A stretch of 60,021 nt of DNA from positions 1 through 60,021 of the IMG/VR virus record IMGVR_UViG_3300033829_000001. One strand, written 5' to 3'. The translations under genes and the position numbers were made by a program. This stretch comes from a virus. Its lineage: Duplodnaviria > Caudoviricetes. The notes under the pieces were generated by a model. It was not told the DNA's origin and did no database searches. It worked only from the letters and a program-made list of their open reading frames with translations. Positions 16,499-26,193 of this stretch are shown here, piece by piece (position 1 is the stretch's first letter; every line of letters begins with the position of its first letter).

Positions 16499-17743
16499 GT
16501 GTTACATACACGAAGAAGAAACATGGATGTTTCGACCCACCAGAGAATTGCGCAGTGGAACGGAGCAAGAGCGCCAGTGAAAGTTGATAACACGAATGCC
16601 GTCTCGTTCACGCGCACGCTTCGCCTGAAGGTCAAGCGTGAGGCATACGGCTGGCTCAATGCCGCAGCGATCGAAGTCAATCAGGTTTTCAACTGGTGCA
16701 ATGAGACGAGTCTCAATGCTGCGACGCGCACCGACACGAAGCGCAAGTGGATGACCGGTTTTGACCTGTGCTACCTGTCAGCTGGAGCGACCGATCTCTT
16801 TGAGCGCATCGGTGCGGATACGATCCAATCGATTTGCACGCACTACGCTGACAAGCGCCGAGCTGCGAAGCGCCTGAAACTGCGCTGGCGCATATCCAGA
16901 GGTGTGCGGCGTAGCCTGGGATGGGTTCCGTTCAAAGCAGCGAGCCTCAAGCGCAAAGGCACGTCGCTGCGCTTCGCCGGTAAGACTTTCCGCGTATTCG
17001 AAGCATCGGCACTCGAAAGCGTGAAGTGGCAGGCTGGTTGCTTCGCGCAGGATGCGGTCGGTGACTGGTGGCTATGCCTGCCGGTGACAGACACTAGCGC
17101 GCAATCGGTCGCACCGCTTGAATCTGTTGGTATCGACCTCGGATTGAAAGATATAGCCGTCACCAGCGATGCCGAGCGCCTCGAATCTGGCCGTTGGACC
17201 CATCGACACGCTGGCAGGCTAGCGACGGCGCAGCGTCGAGGCCACAAGCGCCAAGCCAAACGCATTCACCGCAAGGCCGCGCGCTGTCGAGCAGATGCCC
17301 TGCACAAGTTTTCTCGGTCCATCGTGGCCCGCTACCAAACGATAGTCGTAGGCGATGTGAGCAGTTCCAAACTGGCGAAAACCAAGATGGCCAAGAGCGT
17401 CTTGGATTCAGGCTGGGGGATGCTCAAAGCGCAGTTGCATTACAAAGGCCAGCAGGCCGGCAGAAGCGTTCAAGTCGTTAACGAAAGAAACACAACGAAA
17501 GCTTGCAGCAGCTGCGGAGCCTTAACTGGTCCCGCAGGCCTGGACAAGCTTTTTGTAAGAGAGTGGTCCTGCAGTGAGTGTGGTGACACCCACGATCGCG
17601 ACGTCAACGCCGCCAGGAACATTCTCGCGCTCAGGTGTCGAGCGTCCGTGCGCGGGAACGAGTCTTTGCAGAAACTTCGACCGCCGCGCCGAGCATCTCG
17701 CTCGCGCAAGGCAGGGACAGGAGAAGTTTATGCAACGGCATGA
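16499..17743 (+). CDS. tnpB: TnpB RNA-guided endonuclease (IS200/IS605/IS607 superfamily) with no adjacent tnpA; true start may be 16523 or 16577
   Basis: RTLRLKV N-terminus, RuvC-I VGIDLG, zinc ribbon CSSC...CSEC, RuvC-III HDRDVNAARNI. Confidence 0.92.
   Translation: MLHTRRRNMDVSTHQRIAQWNGARAPVKVDNTNAVSFTRTLRLKVKREAYGWLNAAAIEVNQVFNWCNETSLNAATRTDTKRKWMTGFDLCYLSAGATDLFERIGADTIQSICTHYADKRRAAKRLKLRWRISRGVRRSLGWVPFKAASLKRKGTSLRFAGKTFRVFEASALESVKWQAGCFAQDAVGDWWLCLPVTDTSAQSVAPLESVGIDLGLKDIAVTSDAERLESGRWTHRHAGRLATAQRRGHKRQAKRIHRKAARCRADALHKFSRSIVARYQTIVVGDVSSSKLAKTKMAKSVLDSGWGMLKAQLHYKGQQAGRSVQVVNERNTTKACSSCGALTGPAGLDKLFVREWSCSECGDTHDRDVNAARNILALRCRASVRGNESLQKLRPPRRASRSRKAGTGEVYATA
17620..17720 (+). 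ncRNA. Candidate omegaRNA scaffold overlapping the tnpB 3' end
   Basis: Stems TTCTCGCGC/GCGCGGGAA, CGCTC/GAGCG and CGAGC/GCTCG; TnpB guide RNAs typically overlap the CDS 3' end; boundaries uncertain. Confidence 0.4.
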
Positions 17744-17816
17744 GCACCGGAGTGGTATGGTGCTTCTTCGCTTTGTGGCACGTGGCTATCTTAATTAAGC
17801 AACTCGTAGGTATCCC

Positions 17817-18275
17817 ATGAGTGAAAATAAACCGCACATAATTCTGCATCCGCAGTATGGCCTCAATCCAACCATCCGCGTTTGTTTCTGGTGCAGCGAA
17901 GAAACCAACGAAATTGTGATACTAGGGAATAAGTGCAAGGATCAGGCGCCGCGTAGCGCTGTCGTGGGCTACAAACCATGCGAGAAGTGTCTAGCCGAGA
18001 TGGCCAAGGGTATCTTAATCGCTGAAATCATGGACAAACCTTACAACGAGACGCAGCCTAAATTCAGCGGCCATTATCCGTCTGGCTCCTGGATGGTGGT
18101 ATTGCCAGACTTCATTCGCAACAATCTCGCTGATGAAACGATTCGTGAGCGTGTCCTAGCGAATGGCAGGCTACTAATGTCCGCAGGCGATTTTCAGAGC
18201 TTATTGCAGGCATTCAAAAATTATGAAAAACACGTCGTTAATTTGCGCAACATGGAGCCGCAGGGTCATGCGTAA
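17817..18275 (+). CDS. Hypothetical zinc-binding protein
   Basis: CFWC...CEKC. Confidence 0.75.
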   Translation: MSENKPHIILHPQYGLNPTIRVCFWCSEETNEIVILGNKCKDQAPRSAVVGYKPCEKCLAEMAKGILIAEIMDKPYNETQPKFSGHYPSGSWMVVLPDFIRNNLADETIRERVLANGRLLMSAGDFQSLLQAFKNYEKHVVNLRNMEPQGHA

Positions 18276-18330
18276 GTCAATCCAGATCATGCCTATTCCC
18301 AGGGTCATGGGTATACAGGAGACTTAGATA

Positions 18331-19422
18331 ATGCGAATTTTGGATATTCAGCGGATCTCCCCCGATCTTTATGAGAGCGGTTCTACGATCCACTTGATAG
18401 GCCCTCCCGGCTGTGGCAAGTCTGACGTGATCAAGAACGAGATCACGGCGGTACTCAGCGCCAAGTACGGTGAGGAATTTGGCTTTTGTGATTCATTAGC
18501 GCCGACTTTGGACGCGCCGGATTACAAAGGCTTTCTCATTCCATCCAAGGACACTGATGGCACGGCTACCAGTTTTTTCACGCGAAGTCCGGAACTTCCA
18601 TCTAAAGAATACCTTCGTAAACATCCGCGAGGAATATTTCTTGTTGACGAGCTGTCATCGGCAGAAATGCTTACCCAAAAAGCACTTGCTCCCGTCCTTT
18701 TGTCGAAGCGTTTCGGCAACGAAGTCCTACCAGTGGGTTGGCAGGTCTGGGCGGCAAGCAATAGAATGTCAGACCGAGCTGGTGTTATCCGCCAACCTAG
18801 TCACATCCGTAACCGCGTTACTGAGATCGAACTTGAAAATGACGCGCTGAGCTGGGCTGTATGGGCTGAGAAGCATGGCATACATCCGCTGATTATTGCA
18901 TGGGCAAAGCAGCATCCGACCACGGCGTTTTGTAATGAAGTGCCTGCTACTGATAGACCTTTCAGCACAGCCCGCTCAGTGGCGCGGGCCGCTAAGCTTT
19001 TGCAGGTCGGCATGGCTCGGGACGAAGATGGTAAGCTAATCGATTTGGAAATTCCTATGGACAGTCTGCGACAGCAGGCAGTCATGGGAGATATTGGCGA
19101 AGGCGCAGCGAGTGATTTATTTGGGTTCTTAAAGATCTGGGACCAGCTACCATCGCTAGACGAGATCATTGCGGACCCCAAGAAAGCGAAATGTCCTTCG
19201 GACTTAAGCGCCGGTTGGGCTGCTGGGCAGATGGCGATCCACTATGCAAAGCCGGGAAATATAGATAAGCTATGGACCTATACAGAACGCTTGCCAAGGG
19301 AAGTCCAAGTATCTATGGCTAAGAGCTTACTTGAGCGCAGCGGATCAGCGTTGCTGAATTCGCCAGCGCTTATTGCATGGATACACAAGAACAAAGCCTT
19401 GATTACTTCCAGTAACGGATAG
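18331..19422 (+). CDS. AAA+ ATPase (MoxR-like)
   Basis: Walker A GPPGCGKS, Walker B FLVDE, AASN sensor, RNR arginine finger. Confidence 0.88.
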   Translation: MRILDIQRISPDLYESGSTIHLIGPPGCGKSDVIKNEITAVLSAKYGEEFGFCDSLAPTLDAPDYKGFLIPSKDTDGTATSFFTRSPELPSKEYLRKHPRGIFLVDELSSAEMLTQKALAPVLLSKRFGNEVLPVGWQVWAASNRMSDRAGVIRQPSHIRNRVTEIELENDALSWAVWAEKHGIHPLIIAWAKQHPTTAFCNEVPATDRPFSTARSVARAAKLLQVGMARDEDGKLIDLEIPMDSLRQQAVMGDIGEGAASDLFGFLKIWDQLPSLDEIIADPKKAKCPSDLSAGWAAGQMAIHYAKPGNIDKLWTYTERLPREVQVSMAKSLLERSGSALLNSPALIAWIHKNKALITSSNG

Positions 19423-19461
19423 TATAACTGCGCTTCCTGAAGCAAGTAAAGGTATCCGATT

Positions 19462-19584
19462 ATGAGCGCATGCTTACCCGGTATAAGCAATCCTATGTTT
19501 AAGCACGGGGATTGTAAATCAAAGACCTACAAGAAAACTTTCTCAGGATTGGAGGAAATGAAATGGCTGACGCTGGGCAATTGA
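19462..19584 (+). pseudogene. Short relic resembling the N-terminus of phage HNH/AP2-type homing endonucleases
   Basis: Translates MSACLPGISNPMFKHGDCKSKTYKKTFSGLEEMKWLTLGN*; NP.xKHG...Y...MK pattern. Confidence 0.4.
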
Positions 19585-20483
19585 ATGATGCTCTAGCTGC
19601 CAACTACATGTTGGTAGTCTTAGAGATCCGATCCTGGAGCGGGAAGCGTACCGATAAAGATGCTTCCCGCGAAGTGATCGCAAATAAGGGCGCGACCAAA
19701 GATAGCGGGCGATTCGTCAAGAATCTGCTTGCGTCTGCCGACGCAGAACTGGTGCGAGTGCACGCAGTAGCGCAGTCGATTCGCGCGTTCGTATATTCAC
19801 AGACGCTCCCCTGGAGCGGCAGCTCGGAAGGGGCAAAACGTGGCGACAGACTCTTGGCTGCTACGCGATCGTTCGAATTTCTTAAGGAACTCAATGCGAT
19901 TAAGCGCGAATACGACCTATCTGTCCAAGCACTCGTTTCAGCATGGCCTACGCGGGTCGCCGAGGCCTTGGGTAATCTCGGCGCACTCGCGTCCCAAGAT
20001 GATTATCCGGACGCTAACGCTGTCAGACAGATGTTCGGGGTTACTGTGGATCTTAGGCCCGTACCGACAATGGCCGATTTTTCTCGGATCAATGTTCCCT
20101 CCGAACTTGCCGATGCGTTGGGCCAGAGGAATGTCCAGCAGGAACAGACCAAATTCCTGAACGCCATGGATGAGCTTAAAGAGCGGCTGCTCAAGGAACT
20201 CCAGCGCATGGCACTACAGCTAGGGAAAGCGGGAGCCGGCGAAAAGACTAGGCTATATGACTCCCTTGTCACAAATGTTCAAACGCTTGTGGGGTTACTC
20301 CGCAGTATGAACGTCAGCAACAACGCGCAGTTGTCAGAGTTAGCGGACAAGATCGAGCGGCAGCTCCTATCGCATCCGGTAGAAGTGTTCCGTAATTCTC
20401 AAGCGAAGGCCGCAGAAGTAGCGGCGCAGGCGCAGCAACTGGCGGTTGATGCCGCACTGGAAAGCTTATGGAAGATCGAATGA
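19563..20483 (+). CDS. Helical protein of the AAA/vWA module (DUF3150-like)
   Basis: WSG.RTD, TLPW and DDYP motifs; lies between the AAA and vWA genes. Confidence 0.7.
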   Translation: MADAGQLNDALAANYMLVVLEIRSWSGKRTDKDASREVIANKGATKDSGRFVKNLLASADAELVRVHAVAQSIRAFVYSQTLPWSGSSEGAKRGDRLLAATRSFEFLKELNAIKREYDLSVQALVSAWPTRVAEALGNLGALASQDDYPDANAVRQMFGVTVDLRPVPTMADFSRINVPSELADALGQRNVQQEQTKFLNAMDELKERLLKELQRMALQLGKAGAGEKTRLYDSLVTNVQTLVGLLRSMNVSNNAQLSELADKIERQLLSHPVEVFRNSQAKAAEVAAQAQQLAVDAALESLWKIE

Positions 20484-20734
20484 CCGTGCCCGTATCGCAG
20501 ATCGACGGCGATGTTACTGCGATAATCGCGGTATGGGGGCCGCTAGGCAAAGACTTGGCATACAAGTTCTTTGTCCGCGGAGTCGAGATACAGCGCATGG
20601 ACATCACTAAGCACAACGATCGCGGGCAGATGTTCCGGCTGTGTCGGTTTCCGGATGGCCGAGATATGTGGGTGAACGAGGGTAATATAGCCTCGAAGCG
20701 TATTGCCAGATTCGCAGGTCAGATAGGAGTATAA
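20468..20734 (+). CDS. Hypothetical protein (start likely 20480)
   Basis: ATGA coupling. Confidence 0.6.
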   Translation: MEDRMTVPVSQIDGDVTAIIAVWGPLGKDLAYKFFVRGVEIQRMDITKHNDRGQMFRLCRFPDGRDMWVNEGNIASKRIARFAGQIGV

Positions 20735-21925
20735 ATGTCACATCAAGCTACTAAGCGCAGCCCGCAGGTTTCTACTGCCATATCTGCGCTTCTCGTACAG
20801 CAGCCGTTCTTCGCATCACTGCTGCTGGATCTCATGGACGTAGTAGAAACTGATACCATCCCAGCCACGGGCGAGAATCTAAAAACGATCGCTACTAACG
20901 GCAAAACTCTCTGGATTAATCCAGTGGGGTTCGCCAAGTTCTCAGTGCCTGAGCAGATAGGCTTGCTGGCGCACGAAGTCATGCACGTGATTCTGCAGCA
21001 TGCTAAGCGTCAGCACCAATATGAACTATTAGGACTGGGACCGGATCTCAAAGAATTCAGTAAGAAGAAGTTTAACCATGCTACCGACTACATTATCAAC
21101 GCATATCTTACGAAACAGGGTTTTAAACTACCCCTTGGCTCTTTGCAGAACTCGCAAGTTGGAGCAGACGATATTGTTGACGAGGTCTACCTCAAGCTCC
21201 CTGATGATGAAGCTGTCAAGGACGACGGCCCTGACCAGCATGAGTCATCAGACCCGAACACGGAGTATCACAAGAGTTCAGTACAGGCTGCTGTCAAAAA
21301 AGCACATGAAGTAGCCAAGATGCAGGGTAAAGGAACTGCTGGGCTAGAGCGGTTAATCGATGACATTTGCGAACCACAGGTGCCATGGCATGAGCATTTA
21401 CGGAAAGCTATCACGACAACTGTCCGCGGCCGGGACGTATACACATGGTCGCGACCTAATAGGCGCAAACTGGCAATTGCCCCACATGTTTATTGGCCTG
21501 GAAAATCGGGCCTTAAAGGTCCGAACATCGCTATTGAGATCGATACTAGTGGTTCAATCGGCGAGAGCGAACTTAAAACCTTTCTCGGGGAAACAAGCGG
21601 AATTCTTGCGGACATACAGCCAGAAATGGTCTACGTCGCCTATGTTGACGATAAGCTGTGCGGAGATATCATTCAGATCGACGATGTCAACGACCTTCAA
21701 GCTCTTGGCAGAAAGGCTGCGGGCGGGGGCGGCACGGACATGACGCAAATCTTCGATATTATCGAACAGCAGCAGATTCCCGCCGAGGCTGTGATCATCT
21801 TCACGGACGGATACACCGGGTTTGGAACGCCGTCCGATATCCCGACTATATGGTGTATAACTAATGAGAACATCACGGCGCCGTGGGGAGTTACTGTTCA
21901 CGTCAAGATTCCAACGGGGAGCTGA
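20735..21925 (+). CDS. Metallopeptidase-vWA protein (DUF2201-like)
   Basis: AHEVMH zincin motif; MIDAS DTSGS, GGGGTD and FTDG. Confidence 0.88.
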   Translation: MSHQATKRSPQVSTAISALLVQQPFFASLLLDLMDVVETDTIPATGENLKTIATNGKTLWINPVGFAKFSVPEQIGLLAHEVMHVILQHAKRQHQYELLGLGPDLKEFSKKKFNHATDYIINAYLTKQGFKLPLGSLQNSQVGADDIVDEVYLKLPDDEAVKDDGPDQHESSDPNTEYHKSSVQAAVKKAHEVAKMQGKGTAGLERLIDDICEPQVPWHEHLRKAITTTVRGRDVYTWSRPNRRKLAIAPHVYWPGKSGLKGPNIAIEIDTSGSIGESELKTFLGETSGILADIQPEMVYVAYVDDKLCGDIIQIDDVNDLQALGRKAAGGGGTDMTQIFDIIEQQQIPAEAVIIFTDGYTGFGTPSDIPTIWCITNENITAPWGVTVHVKIPTGS

Positions 21926-21928
21926 TAT

Positions 21929-22129
21929 ATGGGCACGGTAAAATCCATCGATGAAGCGCTACAGCGCAAGCGCGCAATGGAACAGCACCGGGCGATTCTA
22001 CAAAAGTGGGGCGCGTTGGGGCCTATGACCAAAGCGCGTTTCATCCGCATACACGGCAGCGAATATTTCGCTGCCATGGCAATTTTTGAACCAAAACAGG
22101 TAACACAATGGACACAGCAGCAGTTATAA
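21929..22129 (+). CDS. Hypothetical protein
   Basis: GGGGAG RBS. Confidence 0.55.
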   Translation: MGTVKSIDEALQRKRAMEQHRAILQKWGALGPMTKARFIRIHGSEYFAAMAIFEPKQVTQWTQQQL

Positions 22130-22380
22130 TGTGCGGCACCGGGACCGGTCTAGGTATGGCCATAGGGTATATCCAAGGGCGCGGGCGAGGGCGCAAGACC
22201 ATCGAGCAACTTATTGCAGCGTTCAATGCAGGTGCGGAAGGGCTCATGAAGTGCGCAGTCACAGTTCTAATGAAGGAACTAAATCTGACTAAAGACCAAG
22301 CTATGAAGCGCTTGCTGGACGAATCGTTAGCGTTCGTTATCAAACGAGTGGGAGATGCCTATGTCAACAAGACTGAGTAA
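22108..22380 (+). CDS. Hypothetical protein with N-terminal hydrophobic segment
   Basis: ORF in the operon. Confidence 0.55.
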   Translation: MDTAAVIMCGTGTGLGMAIGYIQGRGRGRKTIEQLIAAFNAGAEGLMKCAVTVLMKELNLTKDQAMKRLLDESLAFVIKRVGDAYVNKTE

Positions 22381-23146
22381 AGAGGATCTTGCAAATGCAC
22401 AGGCCAAGCTTTTATCCGTGTTGGATTACGGGATCAAATTTCTTGAATGCCCTATATCAGACGAAGATAAAGGTATCTTTTGGCATAAAGGTTTTCCGGA
22501 CGATCTCCTAGACGCATACACGACTCTTAATGAACATGGCGTCGGGGTTGAATATAGCGCTACGACACGAGCTATTGGTTTCGTAGTACCGAAGGATACC
22601 ACTACCGCCTATGCTATACGGCTTTGCATGGTCGAATCTCAGCGCGGTTTCTTTACCATTACTCACAAGATGATGGAGCAGTGGCCAAAGACCAAGCTGA
22701 AAGACGACCAGTATACCGAATGGCCCGTGCTCACACGCGAAACAATTACTGAACGTCTGGGGGAACCGACGGCGGCAGCGCTACTCGAATGGGTTGAAGC
22801 TTGTGCCATCATGGACGATGAGATATTCAATGCTCAGTACGTGATCGAGGAGATATTCGCGATGATTAAGACCGCGGGGCAGCTCAAGCGGATGATTCCA
22901 GATCTGTTGCAGTATCTGCCAGAGGACGCGCGCAATGCTCTTGACGAACAGAAGCGTACAAGTCAGGTACCGTTCGAATGGGCGGCATATGATCGCGGTA
23001 AAGTCGAACGGATGCTGGATACCTTCCATAAGTGTTCATTACTTAAAGGGCTTGAAAAACCAAGTATGGCTAAAGCTTCTCGTGAAGATGATGCATTTTC
23101 CTGGAGTTGTACGCGCGAGATGCTAGCGGATGACACAGCCGAATGA
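22355..23146 (+). CDS. Hypothetical protein
   Basis: 263-aa acidic ORF in the operon. Confidence 0.75.
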   Translation: MPMSTRLSKEDLANAQAKLLSVLDYGIKFLECPISDEDKGIFWHKGFPDDLLDAYTTLNEHGVGVEYSATTRAIGFVVPKDTTTAYAIRLCMVESQRGFFTITHKMMEQWPKTKLKDDQYTEWPVLTRETITERLGEPTAAALLEWVEACAIMDDEIFNAQYVIEEIFAMIKTAGQLKRMIPDLLQYLPEDARNALDEQKRTSQVPFEWAAYDRGKVERMLDTFHKCSLLKGLEKPSMAKASREDDAFSWSCTREMLADDTAE

Positions 23147-25073
23147 TTTGATTGATCTGGGCATCGATGCAGAGACGTATTACGATGGTGAGTATAGTCT
23201 CCATAAGATGCAGACCGCGCAGTACGTTATGGACCCGCGCTTTGAGATCATTGGGCTCAGTTATAAATTAGGCGACGACCCAGTCAAGTGGATCACGGGA
23301 ACGCTAGAAGAAATTCATGCGGCGCTCGTTGACCTGCCCTGGGAGCGCATTCGCGTCGTGGCTCACAATGCCCGGTTCGAGGGGGCGATACTCGAATGGC
23401 GGCTCGGCTTTAAGCCGGCTGCCTACCTATGTACACTTGTTGGATCGCGGCCTCACTTCGTTCCGTTCGCTGGAGGTGCGTCGCTGGACGCTATTACGAA
23501 ATACCTTGGAGTAGGAGTCAAAGGAACCTATGTTCAGAATGCCAGAGGCATGCGTCGTAATGACTTCACGATCGCTCAGCTTGCGGAGTATAGTGCTTAT
23601 TGTTGTAACGACACAGAACTCGGGCTTAGCGTTGCGGATGCGATTCGAGGGGTTTTGCCCCCGGCAGAATTGGAGCTTATCGATGCTACGATCCGGAAAT
23701 ATGTCAGACCTAGGCTTTGTCTCGACAAAGCGGCATTGGTCGGTCGGCTACAGGAGATAGAAAATGAAAAAGCTGCAAGGCTGGTCGAGCTTCGTAGCAA
23801 ATACGGGGTTGGGATCGAGGAGATTAGATCACGCAAGAGGTTCGCTCTCGTGCTCGGTCCAATCCTCGCTAAGTCCGGAAGTTCGCTCCCTTCCAAAATC
23901 TCCAGAACGACGGGGGCTCTTACCCATGCTTTCGCCAAGGACGATGTTGGATTCAAGGTGCTCCTGGGTCACGAATCAGAAGCTGTCAGAGATCTGGTTA
24001 GCGCTAAACTCTTCTTTGCTTCCTCTCTCGAAGAATCACGCATTAGGCGACTCATCGAGATGCACGATATCTTGGGTGGCCGGTTGGCAGTACCACTTGT
24101 ATATTATGGGGCCCATACAGGGCGGTTTAGTGGTGACGAATCCATCAACCTCCAGAACTTACCTCGCGTTGAGTATGCCGACAAAGCAAAACGGGTACTC
24201 AAGAAAGGCCACTTGCGCTTTGCTATTACGGCCCCGGCTGGATACAGCATCGTTACAGCAGATCTATCGAATATCGAAGCCCGCATCGTTGCTACGCTCT
24301 CCGGGCAAACAGATCTGGTGGAAGGGTTTCGACGCGGAGAAGATATCTATGCTCGCTTTGCAGCCCAGATATATGGCACTCCTGTCCATAAAGATACCCA
24401 CCCAGGGGAGAGGTTCATCGGGAAGACGTGTATCCTCGGACTCGGCTTTGGGATGGGATGGAAGAAGTTTCATCTGAAGATGATCCAAGAAGGTATAATC
24501 ATGTCGCCCGAAGAGGCTAAGCGTATCGTGTATTTGTACCGCAATACCTACGCTAAGATCCCTGGGTTATGGCGTGACTTTGATTACGCCGCGCGTAAAT
24601 TTATGACAGATCGGCAAGCTATGTATCCGTGGCGTGGTTTGATCTTCGCTCACGAGCGCATCATTCTGCCTAACGGCATGCCGATTCTGTATCCGGGCAT
24701 ACGGTTCACCAACTCGGGCGGCATAGGATTCAGGAGCCGCTTTGCTAAAGAGTCCATGGCAGACACGGCGGCGGATGGTATCTCCGCGCCCGCGGCGCAT
24801 CTTAACAACGTCTGGGGCGGAGCGTTTACGGAGAACGTAGCCCAAGCGCTGGCGCGTATCATACTCACTAGAGCCGAGCTAAAGCTAGCCAAGATGGGGA
24901 TTGTTTCGGTGCTGAACGTTCACGACGAGCTAGTTTGGATTATCCCGACTATTTTGGTTAGCCGAGTGAAGAAAGTCATTGCGGAAGTGATGACAGAACA
25001 AGTAGACTTCCTCCCCGACTTACCGGTCGCAGTTGAAATTCACGACGGCTTTACATACGGGAGCGCCAAATAG
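23130..25073 (+). CDS. polA: Family A DNA polymerase with 3'-5' exonuclease domain
   Basis: Exo motifs IDAET, HNARFE, YCCND; TGRFS..NLQN; motif A DLSNIEAR; motif B RFIGKTCILGLGFG; motif C VHDE. Confidence 0.93.
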   Translation: MTQPNDLIDLGIDAETYYDGEYSLHKMQTAQYVMDPRFEIIGLSYKLGDDPVKWITGTLEEIHAALVDLPWERIRVVAHNARFEGAILEWRLGFKPAAYLCTLVGSRPHFVPFAGGASLDAITKYLGVGVKGTYVQNARGMRRNDFTIAQLAEYSAYCCNDTELGLSVADAIRGVLPPAELELIDATIRKYVRPRLCLDKAALVGRLQEIENEKAARLVELRSKYGVGIEEIRSRKRFALVLGPILAKSGSSLPSKISRTTGALTHAFAKDDVGFKVLLGHESEAVRDLVSAKLFFASSLEESRIRRLIEMHDILGGRLAVPLVYYGAHTGRFSGDESINLQNLPRVEYADKAKRVLKKGHLRFAITAPAGYSIVTADLSNIEARIVATLSGQTDLVEGFRRGEDIYARFAAQIYGTPVHKDTHPGERFIGKTCILGLGFGMGWKKFHLKMIQEGIIMSPEEAKRIVYLYRNTYAKIPGLWRDFDYAARKFMTDRQAMYPWRGLIFAHERIILPNGMPILYPGIRFTNSGGIGFRSRFAKESMADTAADGISAPAAHLNNVWGGAFTENVAQALARIILTRAELKLAKMGIVSVLNVHDELVWIIPTILVSRVKKVIAEVMTEQVDFLPDLPVAVEIHDGFTYGSAK

Positions 25074-25448
25074 TTGCGAGCAGATTTGTCCAATTACGAC
25101 GCTTATAGCCAGCTGTGGATGGCCGTGCTGCAGAAGGCAGTAGCCGACGCCACTTCGCCCGCTACGCCCGCTGAGGCTAGCGAGATTAGCGAATGGCTGC
25201 GCTCGTATAATGCGTCGCCCGGCTCGTTGATATGGATCTGTGACATCTTGGGCATAGACGCCGAGGCAGTGCGCGAAGAAGTGTTTAACCGTAAAATATG
25301 TGTCCCCCTGAGCGAGCCACGGCGCGTCCCGCATATGGTATTGAAGAACATGACGAGAAACCCCAATGGAACCAATCAACACACACAAACACATCTGGCT
25401 ACAGCCGGATCTGGCTGCGACGACTTGCAGGATCTGTCTGATACCTAG
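25074..25448 (+). CDS. Hypothetical protein (possible regulator)
   Basis: LWMAVLQKAVAD...WICDILGID pattern. Confidence 0.6.
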   Translation: MRADLSNYDAYSQLWMAVLQKAVADATSPATPAEASEISEWLRSYNASPGSLIWICDILGIDAEAVREEVFNRKICVPLSEPRRVPHMVLKNMTRNPNGTNQHTQTHLATAGSGCDDLQDLSDT

Positions 25449-25471
25449 GCAGATTCAGATGGAGCTGATCT

Positions 25472-26140
25472 ATGAGCAAACTAGTTGCGTGGAGTTATTC
25501 CCGTCTCAACGCTCTGGAGACTTGCCCACGGAAATATTACGGGGAAATGGTGTCCAAGCAGTTCAAGCAGCAGCCGAATCAGGCGGCGATTGACGGTGAT
25601 GAAACCCATCAAGCTTTCGCCCGTCGCGTTAAATCGGGAACGCCTCTGCCTTTGTACCTTCGAGGATACGAAGATGTTCTCAAGAAATTCGCTGATGCTC
25701 CGGGCGAGAAAGTCGCCGAGCAGAAATTATGCTTTAATGCTAGATTCGAACTTGTCGATTGGTACGCACAGGATGCTTATCTGCGAGTTATTTCGGATCT
25801 AACTATCCTGAACGGCAATTATGGAGTGACCATTGACTATAAGACCGGTAAGCCCTATTCGGATTTCACGCAACTTGAACTCACGGCGGCAAGTATTATG
25901 GTCGCTGCACCCGAGATTGATCAAATCAATATGGGTTATCTGTGGACAAAGACGAAGAAGCTTGACACTAAATTGCTGCCTCGCTCAAAGACACCGGACG
26001 TTTGGGCGAGCTTAATGCCACGAGTGCAAGCGTATCAGAACGCTCATGCAGCAAACGATTTCCCGCCAAAACCGAATTTTTTGTGCGAGAAGTATTGTCC
26101 TGTAACTACTTGCCAATTTTGGCATACGAGGCAGCGATGA
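25472..26140 (+). CDS. PD-(D/E)XK (Cas4/RecB-like) exonuclease
   Basis: WSYSRL..CPRKY, G...H, D...IDYKTG, QL, C-terminal C..YCP...C. Confidence 0.88.
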   Translation: MSKLVAWSYSRLNALETCPRKYYGEMVSKQFKQQPNQAAIDGDETHQAFARRVKSGTPLPLYLRGYEDVLKKFADAPGEKVAEQKLCFNARFELVDWYAQDAYLRVISDLTILNGNYGVTIDYKTGKPYSDFTQLELTAASIMVAAPEIDQINMGYLWTKTKKLDTKLLPRSKTPDVWASLMPRVQAYQNAHAANDFPPKPNFLCEKYCPVTTCQFWHTRQR

Positions 26141-26193
26141 GATATCGAAAAACCGTATGCGAGAGCAGTACGCAGTCTGGCAAAACTTAAGCC

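Noticed and set aside
16499-17743. Cas12 effector or catalytically dead TnpB
   Set aside because: No array or cas genes; the size fits TnpB; the missing RuvC-II Glu appears displaced rather than lost
18261-18309. CAGGGTCATG x2 plus CAGATCATG short repeats
   Set aside because: Too short and few to distinguish from chance; may simply lie in a 19-codon ORF
25472-26140. CRISPR-associated cas4
   Set aside because: Standalone phage PD-(D/E)XK exonuclease in a replication module with no cas context
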